A stretch of 64,000 nucleotides of DNA from Phoronis australis. Its lineage: Eukaryota > Animalia > Phoronida. Every line of letters begins with the position of its first letter. Position 1 is the stretch's first letter. The translations under genes and the position numbers were made by a program. The notes beneath the pieces are model-generated. The model saw only the letters and a list, made by a program, of their open reading frames with translations. It searched no databases and was not told where the DNA came from. Where the stretch lies: positions 1,401,860 to 1,465,859 of the forward strand of contig NMRA01000016.1 of the NCBI GenBank assembly GCA_002633005.1. The letters are read 5' to 3'. This document shows positions 23,901-36,424 of this stretch, one piece after another.

Positions 23901-26022
23901 TCGTTAATTCTCCGCATTACAACTTCACAGCTTAAATACACAGTTCACTACATGTAGGTTGTCACTGCGTAGAATGCATTAAAAACCTTCATTTTGGTCT
24001 GCTGCATGTAAGACATCGTTTCTAAAATGCTTTAAATAGCCGAGAACTTCTGAAACGCATGTACACTCAATTTCAGGAGAAGACGGGTCATGTATTACTA
24101 TTGGCCGTCCTACTGGACTTCAAACGTGGACAGCGGAACAGTAGTGGTAATTGCCTTGCTATTTTGATGTCAACTAACTGCATTCTTTAAAGGAATATTT
24201 TCGGTTTTACTGCCGAAACCGCATTTTTTTGTTTTCTGTGTTGTCTTCCAGACATTCTTTGAAATCGAGGCTGGTGTCTTTTATAGTTAAACGTTTGAGA
24301 TACTCTGTCATTAATTTGTCAAGTGGAGCTTAGCTTCGCTTTTAGAAAGTTAAGATTGTGACTGTAGGGGATTACTCTGCCCTGTGTCGAGTCGAGCGTG
24401 GTTTAGCTTCGCATTTTGAATGTTTTTTCTGTGACGTACTTCGGGGATTCGATTCCGCGCCGAGATTGGTCTCACAGAATCGCTTTTCTCTACGATAAGG
24501 TGCCTTCATTCACCAATTTAGACCACGTCAGTATTATATCGATGGAAAGGCGTGTCTTAAATTATCGGGACACGTGTATGTTTTATACTACCATTCTGTA
24601 TAAAAATAAAATTGGTGTCAATTATATTTGCCGAAAAATTTTGTGCCACCAGAAATTCAAATATTATCGTGTTTTATTATTCACATCTTGAAGAATTTAG
24701 ATTGAAAAAGTGTCATTAAGAAAATAGATGTGTTTTGATAAACTTGGTTTGCATTGGCATTAAAAATCTTTAAAGCTGCCTTTCGTCTAGTTAAGCTCGC
24801 TACAAACGAAAATCGGATTTGGCCATATCATAATACACAATAATGCGACAGGGGTTCAATTACCGCTATGGATGAGAATATCGAAACCGTCAACGACTCA
24901 AGAAACGCTTCAGAATTTATCCTGGTTGGTCAAACCTAACATTGCGGATCCAAAAACTGCGCATGTACGCTTTGCCTTCTTGACTTGAGTTGACAGCTCA
25001 TTTGATACAATTCAAGATAAATATCGCTGCTGCCAGCGATTGCAAGCCCTTTTCTGATTATTCATGGAATAGGTGTTAAACATGTTCACTTTCATTTACA
25101 GTCATTGTCGTTTTATAAGAGGGAAAGCTACACTCAACTCCGAGTCACGTGGAGTGGTGTTCTTGGTTTGCTGAACTCCACTGGCACGGGAGGTCGCTGC
25201 AACCGTTGGTATTTCACGTTTAATGGCCAAGAGTGCTCAAGTCGCGGCCCTATTGACACGTTAGTGTACCAGAGCTCGCCGACAACCACAGTCCAGCAAT
25301 CGGCCATGTGTAAGAGATTTTTTTATTGAAACCAATGCAGTGCCATTTTTAAAACTTGTATAATGGTACAAGATATTTTTCTCAACTACGCTATGAACCG
25401 ACTCGTTGCCATGCATGCATGAGTACGTGATTCATTTTGGCTTCAGGATGGTGGTTTTCAGTTGTCTTCACGGTGACATATGCATCGTTCACGGAACTCA
25501 AAGTCACTCGCTTTTCCATGAAACAAATTGTAACGGAGAATGGTCAAAATGTTTTCCCAAATTACAGCGCTTTCGGTAATACTGTTGAGTTCAAGATAAA
25601 TTATTGTGTTTATCGTGGTGCGGCATCGTCAAAATAGCTTCGAATTTTCACGGTCACTTAACGTCATTTGCTATTAACTTGATGATGAAAGACGCATACA
25701 TGGCTATTATTTACAAATTGTTCTTGCTTTGTGACATGTTTATAACTTATAAATTTTTTTATAACATTAATGGTGAACGTTACAGGTATCCTTGTTGAGA
25801 TATAGAAACCATTAGGTACATGTAAATGGCGTATCAGTAAAACAACTTTGTGGATGTATATTCACTTTATCGGTATATTTTACAGTCTCTGGCCAGTGCT
25901 ACGTCAGCGTAACGGGACGAGTTACTGTTGCATTGAAGGTTGGCGCTTGCTCCGGAATCACCGCCGGAAATGCTCAAACGTGTTGGAAAACCGGATGTTC
26001 AATGACAATCGAAGAGGTCTGA
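20829..26022 (+). CDS. CTHRC1: Gene B: secreted CTHRC1-like protein lacking the collagen repeat (6 exons, 190 aa)
   Basis: Exons 20829-20922 (or 19888-19981), 22246-22277, 22945-22976, 24077-24146, 25102-25309 and 25886-26022 are all GT-AG and in frame (573 nt). Intron phases are 1,0,2,0,1, as in gene A. Contains CNRWYFTFNGQECSSRGPIDTLVY and ends GNAQTCWKTGCSMTIEEV*. The symbol denotes family only. Confidence 0.88.
20986..21117 (-). mobile_element. 132-bp insertion with 14-bp TSD (probable truncated retroelement)
   Basis: ATAATAATTCAGAA at 20972-20985 and at 21118-21131, but single at the empty site in the duplicate copy (about 20032-20045). Short tandem TAC(C/T)TGTAA tail at one end. Confidence 0.7.
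22246..22277 (+). CDS. Gene B exon 2 (32-nt micro-exon)
   Basis: tttcag/AGAGAATTTACAAGGTGGAGCAAAGAGTTAAT/gtaagt encodes ERIYKVEQRVN. Confidence 0.88.
22945..22976 (+). CDS. Gene B exon 3 (32-nt micro-exon)
   Basis: tttccag/GACCTCAACAGCAAGTACTACGAACTTCTGCA/gtaagt encodes DLNSKYYELL(Q); phase 0 to 2. Confidence 0.78.
24077..24146 (+). CDS. Gene B exon 4
   Basis: Acceptor tttcag, donor gtaatt; RRRVMYYYWPSYWTSNVDSGTVV. Confidence 0.85.
25102..25309 (+). CDS. Gene B exon 5 (CTHRC1 domain core)
   Basis: Acceptor tttacag, donor gtaaga; SLSFYKRESYTQLRVTWSGVL...RCNRWYFTFNGQEC. Confidence 0.92.
25886..26022 (+). CDS. Gene B exon 6 (terminal)
   Basis: Acceptor ttttacag; (F)SGQCYVSVTGRVTVALKVGACSGITAGNAQTCWKTGCSMTIEEV-TGA. 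AATAAA at 26472-26477. Confidence 0.88.
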
Positions 26023-26669
26023 TACGACAAAGTCATGATTTTTTTACCCTAGGACAGACTAGGTGTTCAATTGTAATAACTGCTAATCTTAAGTTAAGTA
26101 ACAATCTTGTGTGATTCTCATAACTTAAATTATTTTCTTGATGTGACGTAATATAAGAAAAAGAACATTGTGCAGCTTCGTTGCTGTCTGCTAGGGCTCG
26201 TTGTTCGTGGAAGTCAAATATGGCGACAGGACAATCTTCTGTAACACCGAAAGTTTGGCAAATCACTGAAAATTGCACTTAAAAATTGGCAAATGTCAAA
26301 AGAGTTTTGGTTTTAATGATTACGTGTTTGGATCGACAATCAGTGAAAAAATGTAATGTCATGTGATAAGATACTCCGTGAAACGTATTCGTCCACCATC
26401 AAATAGTTGATTGTCACCTGGACCGGTGTTTAGCAATGTATAATTGCCTTGCGAACTAATTATGTACACAGAATAAATATCTGAAATGTATGTGAGTACA
26501 CTTTTCTATCAAAATGAGCTCCTTGCTGAGTTATTTGTAAGAGCACTGCCTTAGTTTCGAATAATCACACAATCTAATTTGACTTTTTAACAAATGCACA
26601 CTTCTTGTACTTGAGTGAGCGTTGAATTACGTGAAATAGTGTTTTGAAAATAGTCTTCAATGAAGATTA

Positions 26670-27160
26670 TTTAGGATCTTATCGACAAGTCTGTGCATTT
26701 CACAAAATTTCTAGAAAAAAATACATTTTAACTCAGTAAAAGTGTATATTTTCTGAAAGTAGAAAAGCATCGTTTTTTTGATTTTTTTACCAAATTGTTA
26801 ATAATTGGGTCACCTCTTTTTAGTAAAAAATCCATTGATAGCAAAACAACTGCATCAATCACACGATCAAATTTTATTTAATATGAATGTTCAACTGAAG
26901 GTGAGATATCAAAAACGCTTTTACATTTTTCAAAAAAAAAATTGTTTCATTTTCCTTTGATCAACTTAAAAGGTTTATCATGAAAATCACAAAAAATGCT
27001 ATTTTTGAACTTTTTTAAAAAATTTAAAAGGATTTTTGCGAATATTTCATAAGGCATTGTAACAGAAGGTTTCGTATGAATCCAATCAGCCGTTTCTGAG
27101 ATATGATTTTCCAAAGTTTGCTAAGTTTTGCCATTTCTCTAGGGTTCGACATAACCTTAA
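26670..27160. mobile_element. Non-autonomous TTAA-type element; related copies near 30739-31300 and 52300-52480
   Basis: End GGGTTCGACATAACC-TTAA resembles the reverse complement of TTAA-GGTTATATCAAACC (30739). Shared internal AGTAAAAGT.T.TATTTTCTGAAAG. Boundaries approximate. Confidence 0.45.
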
Positions 27161-28127
27161 AGCGACGCTCCGTCCAAAAAGTGAATTGTATTATTTACAT
27201 CACTTACTAAGCTGACGAACAACTTGACACTAATCTCAGAATGGCAAGTTGCCTGAATCAAAATTCTTGGTTTTTGAAGGAAGGCGTTTTTATAGCTTTC
27301 CTGTCATTTTCGTTGTATCGTTAACAAATACTGCTCATTCAACAGAACTCCAAATATTTTATATGAGAGTTTAAGTTTAGTTTTTATTTATGGTGATGCA
27401 CCACCAACCAACATGGCCGCCGTAGTTAGTGTCGGCTGACTCATGAATTGTGGGTACGCACTCTGTTGAAAACTGACAGTTCGTTATAACTGCTTACGGT
27501 AAGGTCAGACTCTAGCCAAAGAAGATGGCTTGTCAAAGTGCGTCATTTTATGAGACGAACAATTCTATATCTTGCATTTATCTGTATTAAAAGTCTCTGG
27601 TCCAAAGCACAACCAACAAAAATCAAAAAGGCCCGTTTGCACACGTAGTCAACCCATTTAAGTGTTGTTCTATTCTTTTAAGAGCAGAATACACATAATA
27701 ACAGATGTATCTGGATTAGCTAGCAGGCCAATACAGGATTCTTGAGTTGGGTGCTTCCATTGAAATTTCTTCATAACACGTGACCTAAGTTCACTATATC
27801 ATTTGCAAATCAACAGGAAGTGGTATTCATTCTTTACAAGACCACCGTTGCAAAACAAACACAATCTATTCTAATATTCCACTTTCTCGTGCCTACCCAC
27901 ACACACTTGTAGTCTACACGTATGGTTGGAGCAACATAACCGAGTAAACGCTTAAAGGAGAATGCCACCCGATTTAATTAGTCTTTTTTGCCGTCTTAAT
28001 CGGTCTATATCCACTTCGCCTCGCATACGGTCGACCTTACCTTGCCAAGAGGTCTCGCGTTAACCTGTGAGGAAGGTGAGAAACGACGCTAGCGACGTCA
28101 GTGGTTCATATGCAGAGTGAATGCCGC

Positions 28128-28320
28128 TATGTTGCGGTGCATCATTCCCGCTTGTCCGAACTAAGCAGCTGCGAAGAAAGCGGGTATATCGTTTTTTTCG
28201 ACTACCTCGAGAGTCCGAAATGCTTAGGATGTGGCTCATGGTAGTGAAGAATGAAATGCACGCTGTAAATAGCAAGTATGAGGCCGTGAAACATCTCCGT
28301 GCGGTCTGGCCTGCAGCCTG
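28128..28320 (+). pseudogene. Degenerate THAP-domain gene inside the Kolobok-like element
   Basis: MLRCIIPACPN*AAAKKAGISFF, then after a frameshift RLPRESEMLRMWLMVVKNE...KHLR. Matches the CxxxxC...F.LP......W pattern, with a stop and frameshifts. Confidence 0.65.
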
Positions 28321-28364
28321 AGACCTCCTCGACAGTGCCTGACAATGCCGGCTTACCAAATAAC

Positions 28365-29243
28365 NNNNNNNNNNNNNNNNNNNNNNNNNNNNNNNNNNNN
28401 NNNNNNNNNNNNNNNNNNNNNNNNNNNNNNNNNNNNNNNNNNNNNNNNNNNNNNNNNNNNNNNNNNNNNNNNNNNNNNNNNNNNNNNNNNNNNNNNNNNN
28501 NNNNNNNNNNNNNNNNNNNNNNNNNNNNNNNNNNNNNNNNNNNNNNNNNNNNNNNNNNNNNNNNNNNNNNNNNNNNNNNNNNNNNNNNNNNNNNNNNNNN
28601 NNNNNNNNNNNNNNNNNNNNNNNNNNNNNNNNNNNNNNNNNNNNNNNNNNNNNNNNNNNNNNNNNNNNNNNNNNNNNNNNNNNNNNNNNNNNNNNNNNNN
28701 NNNNNNNNNNNNNNNNNNNNNNNNNNNNNNNNNNNNNNNNNNNNNNNNNNNNNNNNNNNNNNNNNNNNNNNNNNNNNNNNNNNNNNNNNNNNNNNNNNNN
28801 NNNNNNNNNNNNNNNNNNNNNNNNNNNNNNNNNNNNNNNNNNNNNNNNNNNNNNNNNNNNNNNNNNNNNNNNNNNNNNNNNNNNNNNNNNNNNNNNNNNN
28901 NNNNNNNNNNNNNNNNNNNNNNNNNNNNNNNNNNNNNNNNNNNNNNNNNNNNNNNNNNNNNNNNNNNNNNNNNNNNNNNNNNNNNNNNNNNNNNNNNNNN
29001 NNNNNNNNNNNNNNNNNNNNNNNNNNNNNNNNNNNNNNNNNNNNNNNNNNNNNNNNNNNNNNNNNNNNNNNNNNNNNNNNNNNNNNNNNNNNNNNNNNNN
29101 NNNNNNNNNNNNNNNNNNNNNNNNNNNNNNNNNNNNNNNNNNNNNNNNNNNNNNNNNNNNNNNNNNNNNNNNNNNNNNNNNNNNNNNNNNNNNNNNNNNN
29201 NNNNNNNNNNNNNNNNNNNNNNNNNNNNNNNNNNNNNNNNNNN
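28365..29243. other. Assembly gap (879 N)
   Basis: Run of N. Confidence 1.
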
Positions 29244-31849
29244 CGTAAGAGCGAAATAAAACAACACGTTTTTATAAGAACTCGGTGTATTTTTAAGGGT
29301 TTTACATCGAAGTTTGATGATTTATTGGTGTTAAACGATGACTTCAAGCGATAAACTGACACCAGTAACACGTGTTGTGAACTGCTGAACAGACAGCGGG
29401 TGAAACCGATGACGTCATTGGATAATTTCAACACCTCCGTCTGCCGTCAGGTGTCAGGTAACGCAACCGTACGTGTCGTTATGGAGTAGAACTACTCGTT
29501 CTAAATTGATACAAATTAGGTTGTTTTTTGGGTGGCATGCTCCTTTAACAGTCCTATTCAAAGATTGAAATTCTTTCATCCGTGCATTCAACATTGTAGT
29601 CATCCAGTAAATCAAAAGGTATCAGTGCCTTTGTCGAAAGGTGGCGTTGTAGCCCGTTAGTAGGGAAGCGACAATATTTTGAGAGGTTGTTGTTGAGAAA
29701 TGGGTTTAATCATCCAATTATAGGCTCGTTTGTAGGGACCTTACATCAAACAGTGACCCTTTCGAGAACTTTTGTTCTAGAAGCAATATCCCTGCATAGG
29801 GCTTTATTCCAAGATCTTTGTCCGTTCTTGGGAATTCTTGGGCAACTTTCTTTTAACCCATAATATGGGACAGCACAAAAGAAGCGTCATGTTGTAAAAA
29901 TAAATAATAAATTTCATCTAAAACTGTAATACTACATCAAATATAAATAGGAGGATTGGTAATAGAGATTTTTCGAAATTTGGAAGACAACCAATTTCGT
30001 AAAAAACGGGAGTTTGATGAAGTTCGGACATGTCCTTCTCGGGATAGACCGGTTTTCTCCATTTCCTGGCAGCTTTTTAAAAACAGTAAAAAAGATATTT
30101 TTTTCACTGAACTCCAAAAATTGAATGTTTTGTAGAGAATTGAATGGGGAAAGGGTACTCTTTCGTTGGGAATTTTGCAGGAACAGGCACCCTTAGTTAA
30201 ATTCGGTAAATTGGTCGTGAAAATGTCGTCAAAATGAGAGGCACGTTTTTTTCTAGGCGAATACGAGCGTGGAGGCTTAAAATCGGTTTCTGCTAACTAT
30301 GTCAGTCGCATCTGTGCACTAAAAAAATAACAACATTTGTTGAATCGCAAGGGCGAGCTAATTCATTTTTAGCTGGGGACAAACAACGAAAACGTAATTC
30401 GGAAATATTTATGAGGGCTTAAAGGCAGTAAAGGGTTAATGCCCCTTTCACCACATGTTTACACGCCATTCAATGTATGAATTGGGTTTCCCAGTAATAA
30501 AATTCGAATTTCGATGCGAAATGAAGCACAAAATGGGTTTAATTAATAACACTTATGTGCAAACGAGCTACAGGAGTGGTTAAAAAAGGACCCTGAACAT
30601 TATTTTTGCGCATATCGACAATAAAAAAGACATCAATTGTAATTTTTTGTCGATAAATGTATCAGCCATATTACTGCATTTTTCGGTCGGCTGGTCATAG
30701 GTGTTGGAGCTTGAGGAGACTGTGAACGTTGCTGATCTTAAGGTTATATCAAACCTTATTTAGTGGCTTCCATTCGAAATCGCATATCAAAAAACTAAGC
30801 TTTGTCAACTAGTAAAAGTATGTATTTTCTGAAAGAAAAAAGATCAGGAGATATAAAAGTATTTTTTGTATTAATTTACCATTGTTATTTTACGTAAAAA
30901 CGTTTTTAAGTCAAAAGTTCATTTCTAAGAAAGGTACATTGATAGCAAAATAACCCCTCGATCGATTTTAATAAGACCTTTTTAAATGAAAACTTCACCA
31001 GATACCTCAAAAATGCTATTAGGAATTTTCGATTAGTCTTTTCGTTTGGTTCCTATGATAAATCAACTCGCAAAACGTAAGGTATGTTTGTAAAAAATGA
31101 AGTCGTATTCGTCTTTATACATTACGCAAAAACTAGGCTTTATATAAAAAATCCTAACATCGTTATTGAGATTGATGACTAAATATTAAGTTTGGAAAGT
31201 TTCAGCGAAATCCACCAAGCCGTTTTCGAAAACACGTGTTCCTAAGTTTAAATAAAGTCGATTTGCAGAAGCCTAGAAAAAAGCCGATTAAACTGGGAGG
31301 AGTGAAAATCTCAAAGTCTTCGGTTAATTATACGGTGAAAACTTGTTCTCAGTGCCCATAACCTATACAAGCATTAACAATGTTAGCTATTTCAACATTT
31401 GCTCCCAATGTCAACTGATTTTGCAATGCGCAATTACCTTAATTATCATTAAAACGTACCGTTCCCAGACAACTGTTACTGTTGCTTGCGACCTACTTTT
31501 AAGTAGGTCACAGTTCATTGATATGCACGTAGCCTGTACACGTCACGTGCCCCGGGAGACTGATCCGAAACCAAATAAGAAATGGATTATCATAACAAAA
31601 ATCAAATCGGTGGTTAAAGCATGTCGTTAGCATGAGATCGAAACATCGAAATGTCTATATATTAATTGAAGGGTGAGGATTTCATCTCTTTTCACAACTT
31701 TCTGTGTAGTGATCACACGAAAGGCCTGAGGCGACTCGTCGTTCTCAACGCCAACGGTCGCATGCATTTGGACGCACGAACAACTCCTTTAGGATCAAAA
31801 CTATGTTTTGTCTTTGTTTTCTGCGGCACCATTCTATCATGATAAGTAC

Positions 31850-32520
31850 ACATCGTTGACTCAATGACTTGGTGAATGAAAAGACTGATGGCCATACGAA
31901 GTTGTCCTGTGGCTGGGGGGAGATTCAGTTCCGATTTGATTGATAGCCCTTGACCTCGGATAAGTAGTAAACAAATATCCACGCGGTTGTGCAGTTCCAA
32001 GATTGTTCTGCTGAATCTTTTTCATCACTACGCGGTATATATTTTGTATTTGAAGTTCCCCGAGAATGAAGATAAGGTATCCTACTACACACGTGAAATA
32101 TTGTATAAAATGGCCAATTTTTGTGAATAAGGTTTGAGATATCCTTAAAAGTATACTAAACCCTGTCTTGATAATTTCAACCAATCCTCATTCTGTCACC
32201 TGCTAATCCATCATTGGCGTCAGTCTTGAAAAATCAGGAATCAGCTAAAGATTCATCCTCCCTAATGTCACAGACTGGATATTATGGTTCTCACATTGTG
32301 CTGGCCCCCCACGGTTATTGTGTAATTCGCTAACAGCGTAAGTGGCACCTGCCCGTTTAGCAGACTTTGAAACATTTTCCAAAATTTCCTCTAAACATTT
32401 GAGTGTTGTCATGGGTTACTGAGCTTTGTTTTGTTTCAGAGAACTGGATGAGAACGTGGTTTTCAATATCTGTTCATATGCCATAACTGGATTTAGTATA
32501 CTTTTAACTAATATGTCTGT
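31850..32520 (-). mobile_element. Highly decayed non-LTR (CR1/L2-like) reverse-transcriptase remnant
   Basis: Broken fragments such as LNLPP..RTTSYGHQSF (resembling LINE ORF2 C-termini) and AYEQIL; many stops and frameshifts. Confidence 0.3.
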
Positions 32521-35154
32521 CAAAAGAAGCTGATGGGCATAAACAATTGGAAATTTGTTTTCTAAAATAACCACAGAGGATATCTCCTGACAGATAAGAA
32601 GAACTCTTCATTTCACCTTCATGTATTCATGGTCTTTTATGATGTAAGATCATACAGAAGGTGCTACCGGCCTTCCCAACGTAATGGGAGTTGACCTTTG
32701 TCACCGCAGGGTACTTTTCCGTATCTTTAATTTTTGTCTTTATTTGCCTATTGACAATGAATAAATGGACCTGCGAATTTTATGAAATCGATCACAATTT
32801 GCTGTGACAATAGCGACGTAGGGCGGTGCAAACTGAAATATGCATGCATCCATTGTACGCATCGCGAAGATACAAGGGGTGATCATTATTTTAAACGTTC
32901 CCCTTTCCATCACGAAACTTCAGGCAGACATTGAGACAGGTGCAACAATTTTAATACCCCCAAGAGCGCCATATTAGACAGGTCTGTTTGAAAATCTACG
33001 CTATTTGCGCTCTCCTCAATAGGATCGCACCTGTTTAACTTCATGGAGTACATCAAAATTAAAAAAAAACTTGGTGTCTACTTCGGTAGACGCAAAGAAA
33101 ACTGCAAATTATCCATCGTGCATTCAGCCAACGGCATTATCAATGTTAAGTACAACGCGTATCTCCTTGTCTCATTACGTATACTAAGACTATACAGTGT
33201 CCATTTAATTCTTAATGCGCAAAAACCTGTAATGTTCTAAAAATAAACATTTACTGATGAAGAGTATGTTGACGATAACTTATCTGTGTTTTACCTGCCA
33301 TATGCAATTAAACTTTGATTTTCGAACTTGCACCAAGGTATGCGCTCCTGCCACAGTCCGCATGGAACCAATTGCGTATTGTTCTGAGTCCACTCAACAC
33401 TGCTGGCCGAGCAGAAGATGTTTTCTGGCAAAAGGTGTCACTCTCCCGTCCGGTGTGAACGATCAAGACCCCATGATTGTTGATTTGCTCGCCGGAAAAT
33501 TCAACTTGGCCGGCACGAGCAGTGGTGTTCACAACAGAAATTCCTAAGGTGTGTTCGGTATCAAAGGGGAGAATCAACTAGTGATCGGGCTTCAAAATCA
33601 CTTGCCCGGATTTCAAAACCAGTTGGCTGGACTGCAAAGCCGAATGGCAATTGCTCTAACTTGGTGGTCGGACCTCAAAACGGGATGGCAGCACTCAAAA
33701 AAAAAATGGTTGGCCGGACATAAAATGGGTTGGCCGGAGCTCAAACACAATGACCGAACAAATCGACGATTTTGAACAAAACAAACAATCGGGTACGAAA
33801 AATAAGCACTCAATGTTACTTGAATTCTGCGAGACATTAATTCTCTTGCGTATAGACACGAGAATCTCGTGAAAACGTGATATCAAACAAGACTTCGGAA
33901 TGTATAACAAGTGAGCCACATGATCACATTAATTTCTTTAAAGCCAAATTCTTGAGTCAACAGAACTCAACAACAATTTTCATCTGTCTGACCGTCTTAC
34001 TGTAATCTATCCCGCAAAGTATAGATTGAACATGAGTGATTGAAACGATTGATAATTGTCAAAATTAAGAAACCGGGCTCTGGGAAACGCGCAAAGTTTA
34101 GTATGTTGCCAGCGACAAAGTCTTAGTTGCAGACGATAACACCAGGAAGGTGGCATAATTATTTCAAAGCTTTGCTCTACTAAGACGAACCGATAAAAAT
34201 AATTTATAATTGAGAGATCAGTGTCACCATTGAGGTATGTAATAATTAATTTACCTCATTGTATGTCACCGTAAGACAAGGCGCGGCACCTATTGTCAAA
34301 GATGTGAAACAACCTCCCATAGGACGGAGCGCAATCGAGCGGTTACCTAATGGCAAACCTGGTGGGGTCTATGGATTAATATACTCGAGATGCTTAAAAG
34401 TACTAAGTGAGTTATTATTCCAGTCTTGCATCGTTTGTTTAATTTAATTTAATTTTCCAAACTGGGAATTACCCTCAAATGTAGTGTGACTAAAATAATT
34501 ATTGGGGCATCTCCTTATTGCCAACACTCGGGAAATTGTTTAAAAACACTGAATGCTTGTCTGTGTGCCAGGCCGAAAACAATGACTTACTCTATGAATG
34601 ACAATCAGGGCTTAGAAAACATCACCGTACTAAATATCAAACTTTTGCCTCGTATGTACAATGTATCAAAAACACATAAGCAAGGGCCCTTTTCGTGAAT
34701 CCTTTTCTATCTTGACTTAGTCCGAAATCGGGCTAACTCAAGACCAAAATGTCTTAGTCTCGTTACATGAAATTTCTCAAGACCTTTTAAGGGAGTTTTT
34801 TTGATAAAATCATTTTTTAGTTTGCCAAAAAGCTTCATTGCCAAAATCACTCTTTAATGGGTTTTTACCACATGCTGTGAAATCCGGGGGGAAATACGAG
34901 AACAAATAACATGGCGTTGGAAAAGTGTAGACGGAACATCATTTCGAAAACTTAGTCTATTTAGGAGAGTGAAAATGAGTCCTAAGATCAAATTTCACTT
35001 TACTACGGTATTTTTGGGGAGAAGCTCTCTTTATTAGCAAGGCTTACGCTTTGAAGATGCATTGTTTTTGACAGGGTGCAATTCTGGGATCCTTGGGTAG
35101 AGTCCAGTAACGCTAGGGCCTCGCTAAAAAGGAAGACTTTGCGATATTACGTGA

Positions 35155-35992
35155 GATATTACCGTGTATTTCAAATGAGAACACGTGCTTTTGGCTACAT
35201 TTTAGCGAGATCCTACCTTAGAGTCCTAGTGTCACTGAACTGTACCCTGGTACATTGCGTTAGGGACTCTAATTTACACAGCTTCATGCTGCACTCTAAC
35301 GTCGTTTTTGTGTTTATTTCTGCGATCCCGAGATTTCACGAGACTAGCCGCGAGAGTTGTGCACTGAATTTCCTGTTGTATGCTCGACTGAGTTTTGATC
35401 GAGTGTTGCAGTTATCAAATCAAGCCAAATTTCATTGCTTCAGTTTCAATTTCTCATTTTTATTCATAATGGAATCATCAAGCGTGTCNGAATCAAGGAA
35501 AATGCTTGATTTTTAGAGGTAAAAACAGAAAACCCCCTCTCCCGACCTCCCCCCATTCGGTGCTATGCGCATCTACAATCGTGGTTCAGTTTGCGCAAAT
35601 GCTTTCAGCCGGACAAAATGTTGGGCCCCCCCCTTGTGATATCCTAGATCCGCCACTGGATATTACCGTGTATTTCAAATGAGAACACGTGCTTTTGGCT
35701 ACATTTTAGCGAGATCCTACCTTAGAGTCCTAGTGTCACTGAACTGTACTCTGGTACGCGGCGTTAGGGACTCTAATTTACACAGCTTCATGCTGCACTC
35801 TAACGTCGTTTTTGTGTTTATTTCTGCGATCCCGAGATTTCACGAGACTAGCCGCGAGAGTTGTGCACTGAATTTCCTGTTGTATGCTCGACTGAGTTTT
35901 GATCGAGTGTTGCAGTTATCAAATCAAGCCAAATTTCATTGCTTCAGTTTCAATTTCTCATTTTTATTCATAATGGAATCATCAAGCGTGTC
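35155..35992. repeat. 334-bp direct duplication across a single-N join, with a hAT-like MITE end between the copies
   Basis: 35155-35488 matches 35659-35992; N at 35489. 35490-35658 ends in CCTAGATCCGCCACTG, the reverse complement of a CAGTGGCGGAT terminus also seen near 36146 and 1713. Confidence 0.85.
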
Positions 35993-36378
35993 TCTTGAGA
36001 TACGATTCTAGACAAACGTCGACTTTTCGGCAAAATTAGTCAACAGAATGCAGAAATAGTTTGGATTACCATATCTTTTCAGCTCCAGCCTTAGGGTCAC
36101 GGTTAGGAGTTTTTCAACAAGACATTTTGGATGCGAAAATGATGCAGTGGCGGATTTAGGGGCAGCATGCCCCCCAAAATTCTCCCATATTCCATTTGGC
36201 ATTTCGCGTTGTGCGAATTGTTGACTGGCACATGCGCGCACCTAGGGCGGCTCGGGGGGCGAATGCACAACACATAGCCTAAAAAACCCCGTTTACCCGT
36301 TTTTAAATAATAAGGTCCGCAAACCCAAAAGTTCAAGACTCCCTACATTCCTACATTTTAGGCTGGATGCACGCATTT

Positions 36379-36424
36379 TGTGTGTGTGTGTGTGTGTGCC
36401 TGTGTGTGTGTGTGCGTGTGCGTG
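36379..36424. repeat. (TG)n microsatellite
   Basis: Directly visible. Confidence 0.9.

Larger units (their letters stand above)
27956..29544 (+). mobile_element. Kolobok-like transposon with TIRs and TTAA TSD, spanning the gap
   Basis: TTAA-AGGAGAATGCCACCC (27952-27970) and GGGTGGCATGCTCCT-TTAA (29530-29548); 14/15 TIR match. Carries a THAP relic. Confidence 0.8.

Noticed and set aside
28202-29434. ORFs of 300-410 aa
   Set aside because: Artefacts of reading through the N gap.
35076-36011. Two near-identical hydrophobic ORFs of 110-146 aa
   Set aside because: Produced by the duplicated sequence around the single-N join; no domain features.
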